The translations under genes and the position numbers were made by a program. From Camelus ferus (lineage: Eukaryota), in the NCBI RefSeq assembly GCF_009834535.1, contig NC_045697.1:99698001-99762000 (forward strand): 64,000 nucleotides of DNA. The letters are read 5' to 3'. How positions within the stretch are numbered: the stretch's first letter is position 1; each line of letters begins with the position of its first letter. Below, in pieces: positions 62,266 through 64,000 of this stretch. The notes below the pieces were generated by a model, which was not told the DNA's origin, ran no database searches, and saw nothing but the letters and a program-made list of their open reading frames with translations.

Positions 62266-63014
62266 GGGGTGGGTTAAATATGTAAAGACAGATAACCTAC
62301 TTAGCAAAACCATAATTAAGAGTTACCCAATCAGCAGGTTAAAATAAAAAGGTTCTTAGGAATACAGGTAACAAGGTCTTTATGGAGAAATTACAAAACA
62401 TATTTGAAGGACAAAGAATACCTCAGTAAATGGAGATATACAAAGGTAATTCCAATCATCTGAACTTAAACTATGGGAACTCAGGAACTGAATACATTTA
62501 TTTTAAGGAAAATATTCATAATCCTGTAGAATGGAAAGCACACAAGTACTGAGCTAGTGAAAAATGTATGAGTAAGCAAGCTGGTATGAGTGACTCCTAC
62601 AGAGTTTTAAAAGATGCTGAGAGGATATTGCTATTGTAATCCAGCTAATCAATAACTGAAAAGACTGCAACTGTGTTTAAGTATGCACATACAGACATGA
62701 TAAAGATCAAACTAGGAATTAAAGTACTGGCGTTGTAGATTCATGGAATTTTTCCCCCACAACACTGAAAACATACAAAATAAAAATACTTTACTGAAGG
62801 CAACAAAACTAAAATACTGATTTAAAAGAAAATTAAGACAATTAAAAAGCAGGGAAGTACAAAATCCATTTTAGAGAAGTATTACACCCCAAATAGTCAA
62901 AATAAGTAGTTTTGATGTTTGAAAGAATAAGTTCCATGGTTGTAAATTTTACTTATATGTTACATTTCATTACTTAATGCAGAATAATGTTTTGCTACTA
63001 AATTTTCTGCTTAC

Positions 63015-63204
63015 CAATCTTCTGGTTTGACAGCAGAAGGATCAGGGATTTTCACTCTTTCATCCCAGTCATCAGGTTTCTTATCACTGGGATCTTCAAT
63101 TTCTTTGGGAGGATTGATAGGAGGAACCACATCCTCTAACAGGCTTCCTTTGTTTACAACTGTCTGATCAATTAATACTTCAAATGTGTCATCTGGATTT
63201 ATCA
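63015..63204 (-). CDS. CLGN: CLGN exon: (V)[63 protein letters not shown]; upstream exons lie beyond the window
   Basis: Acceptor ggtctttag|, donor TTG|gtaagc, 190 nt; overlaps ORF 63011..63250; start of the P-domain. Confidence 0.96.
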
Positions 63205-64000
63205 CTAAAGACCAATTTAAACATATTACCCTTATCATATTGATAGGCATTTTAAAGATAATCTTCTAAATAATCAAACTACCTTAAACTTCATGGGTAA
63301 AATTTTCTTGTAACCAGAATAGAGAAATTATCAATGTATTAAGTCAAAATGTGCTGAAATCACTAGATATAATGCTTTCTAAAATCAAATGTGAAGTTTT
63401 AAGTAATAATAATAATAATTTAATAAAATGCTTCATTACTTCTCAAATAAAAAATACTCAATACCTCAGTTTAGGACTCACATGACCAGTCAGCTTAACT
63501 CTTTTATGGTTACTGAATACAACCCAATCTTTTTCAATATTTTAAAATAATTTTTTGGAAACAATCTCAAACTTTCTAAGTTGCAAGTATACTATAAAGA
63601 ACTATTCTTTCTTGAATTTCTTGACAGTAAATTACTAACCTCATCCATATTATCCCTGAATGTTTTAATGTACATATAATTCCTATAAACAAGGACATTC
63701 TCCTTCATAACCCCAATCTAGGCACCAAAATCAGGAATTTAACATATACTTATTACTTCCTTAATATTCTTATTACTTCCTAGAAATCTATAAAGCTCAC
63801 TGGCATTTCAAATTCAATGATTCATACACTGTAGTGTCAAATATCTTAAGGATGATTGAAAATATTCAAGCTCAGACTTTAGTATGTTTGCTTTGAGGTA
63901 AATTCTAGCTCTAAAAGTCCCTAAGCCAGAAGTTTTATAAAACACTCCCTTATCATTGTAATGACAAAATAAAAGTTCTCTCTCCCTTCTGTAAACATGG

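Overview
This is a mammalian genomic window, not a prokaryotic one. It is probably camelid, judging from a vic-1-like tRNA-derived SINE and the L1 3' UTR type. It holds two convergent intron-containing genes. (1) SCOC (short coiled-coil protein, + strand) has a distal LIR-encoding exon at 4717-4804 that the ORF track misses, a CpG-island promoter and first exon at ~32.0-32.2 kb, and three shared coding exons (37984-38040, 38416-38499, 39998-40140). These give an 82-aa core and a predicted 117-aa LIR isoform. (2) CLGN (calmegin, - strand) is present as its last eight coding exons (63204 down to 48297, ~379 aa): P-domain repeats, TM helix and acidic tail. The rest is mostly transposon debris (L1, L2, MIR, MaLR/ERV LTRs, Tigger MITEs), and most ORFs in the track are spurious or L1 remnants. 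I found no convincing novel biological system. The most notable observations are a frameshift that turns the human long-isoform N-terminus into a uORF ending on the main start codon, a 15-nt in-frame deletion in SCOC, candidate antisense exons, and two twin-primed (5'-inverted) L1s. Human comparisons and repeat family names are from memory and need confirming by alignment.
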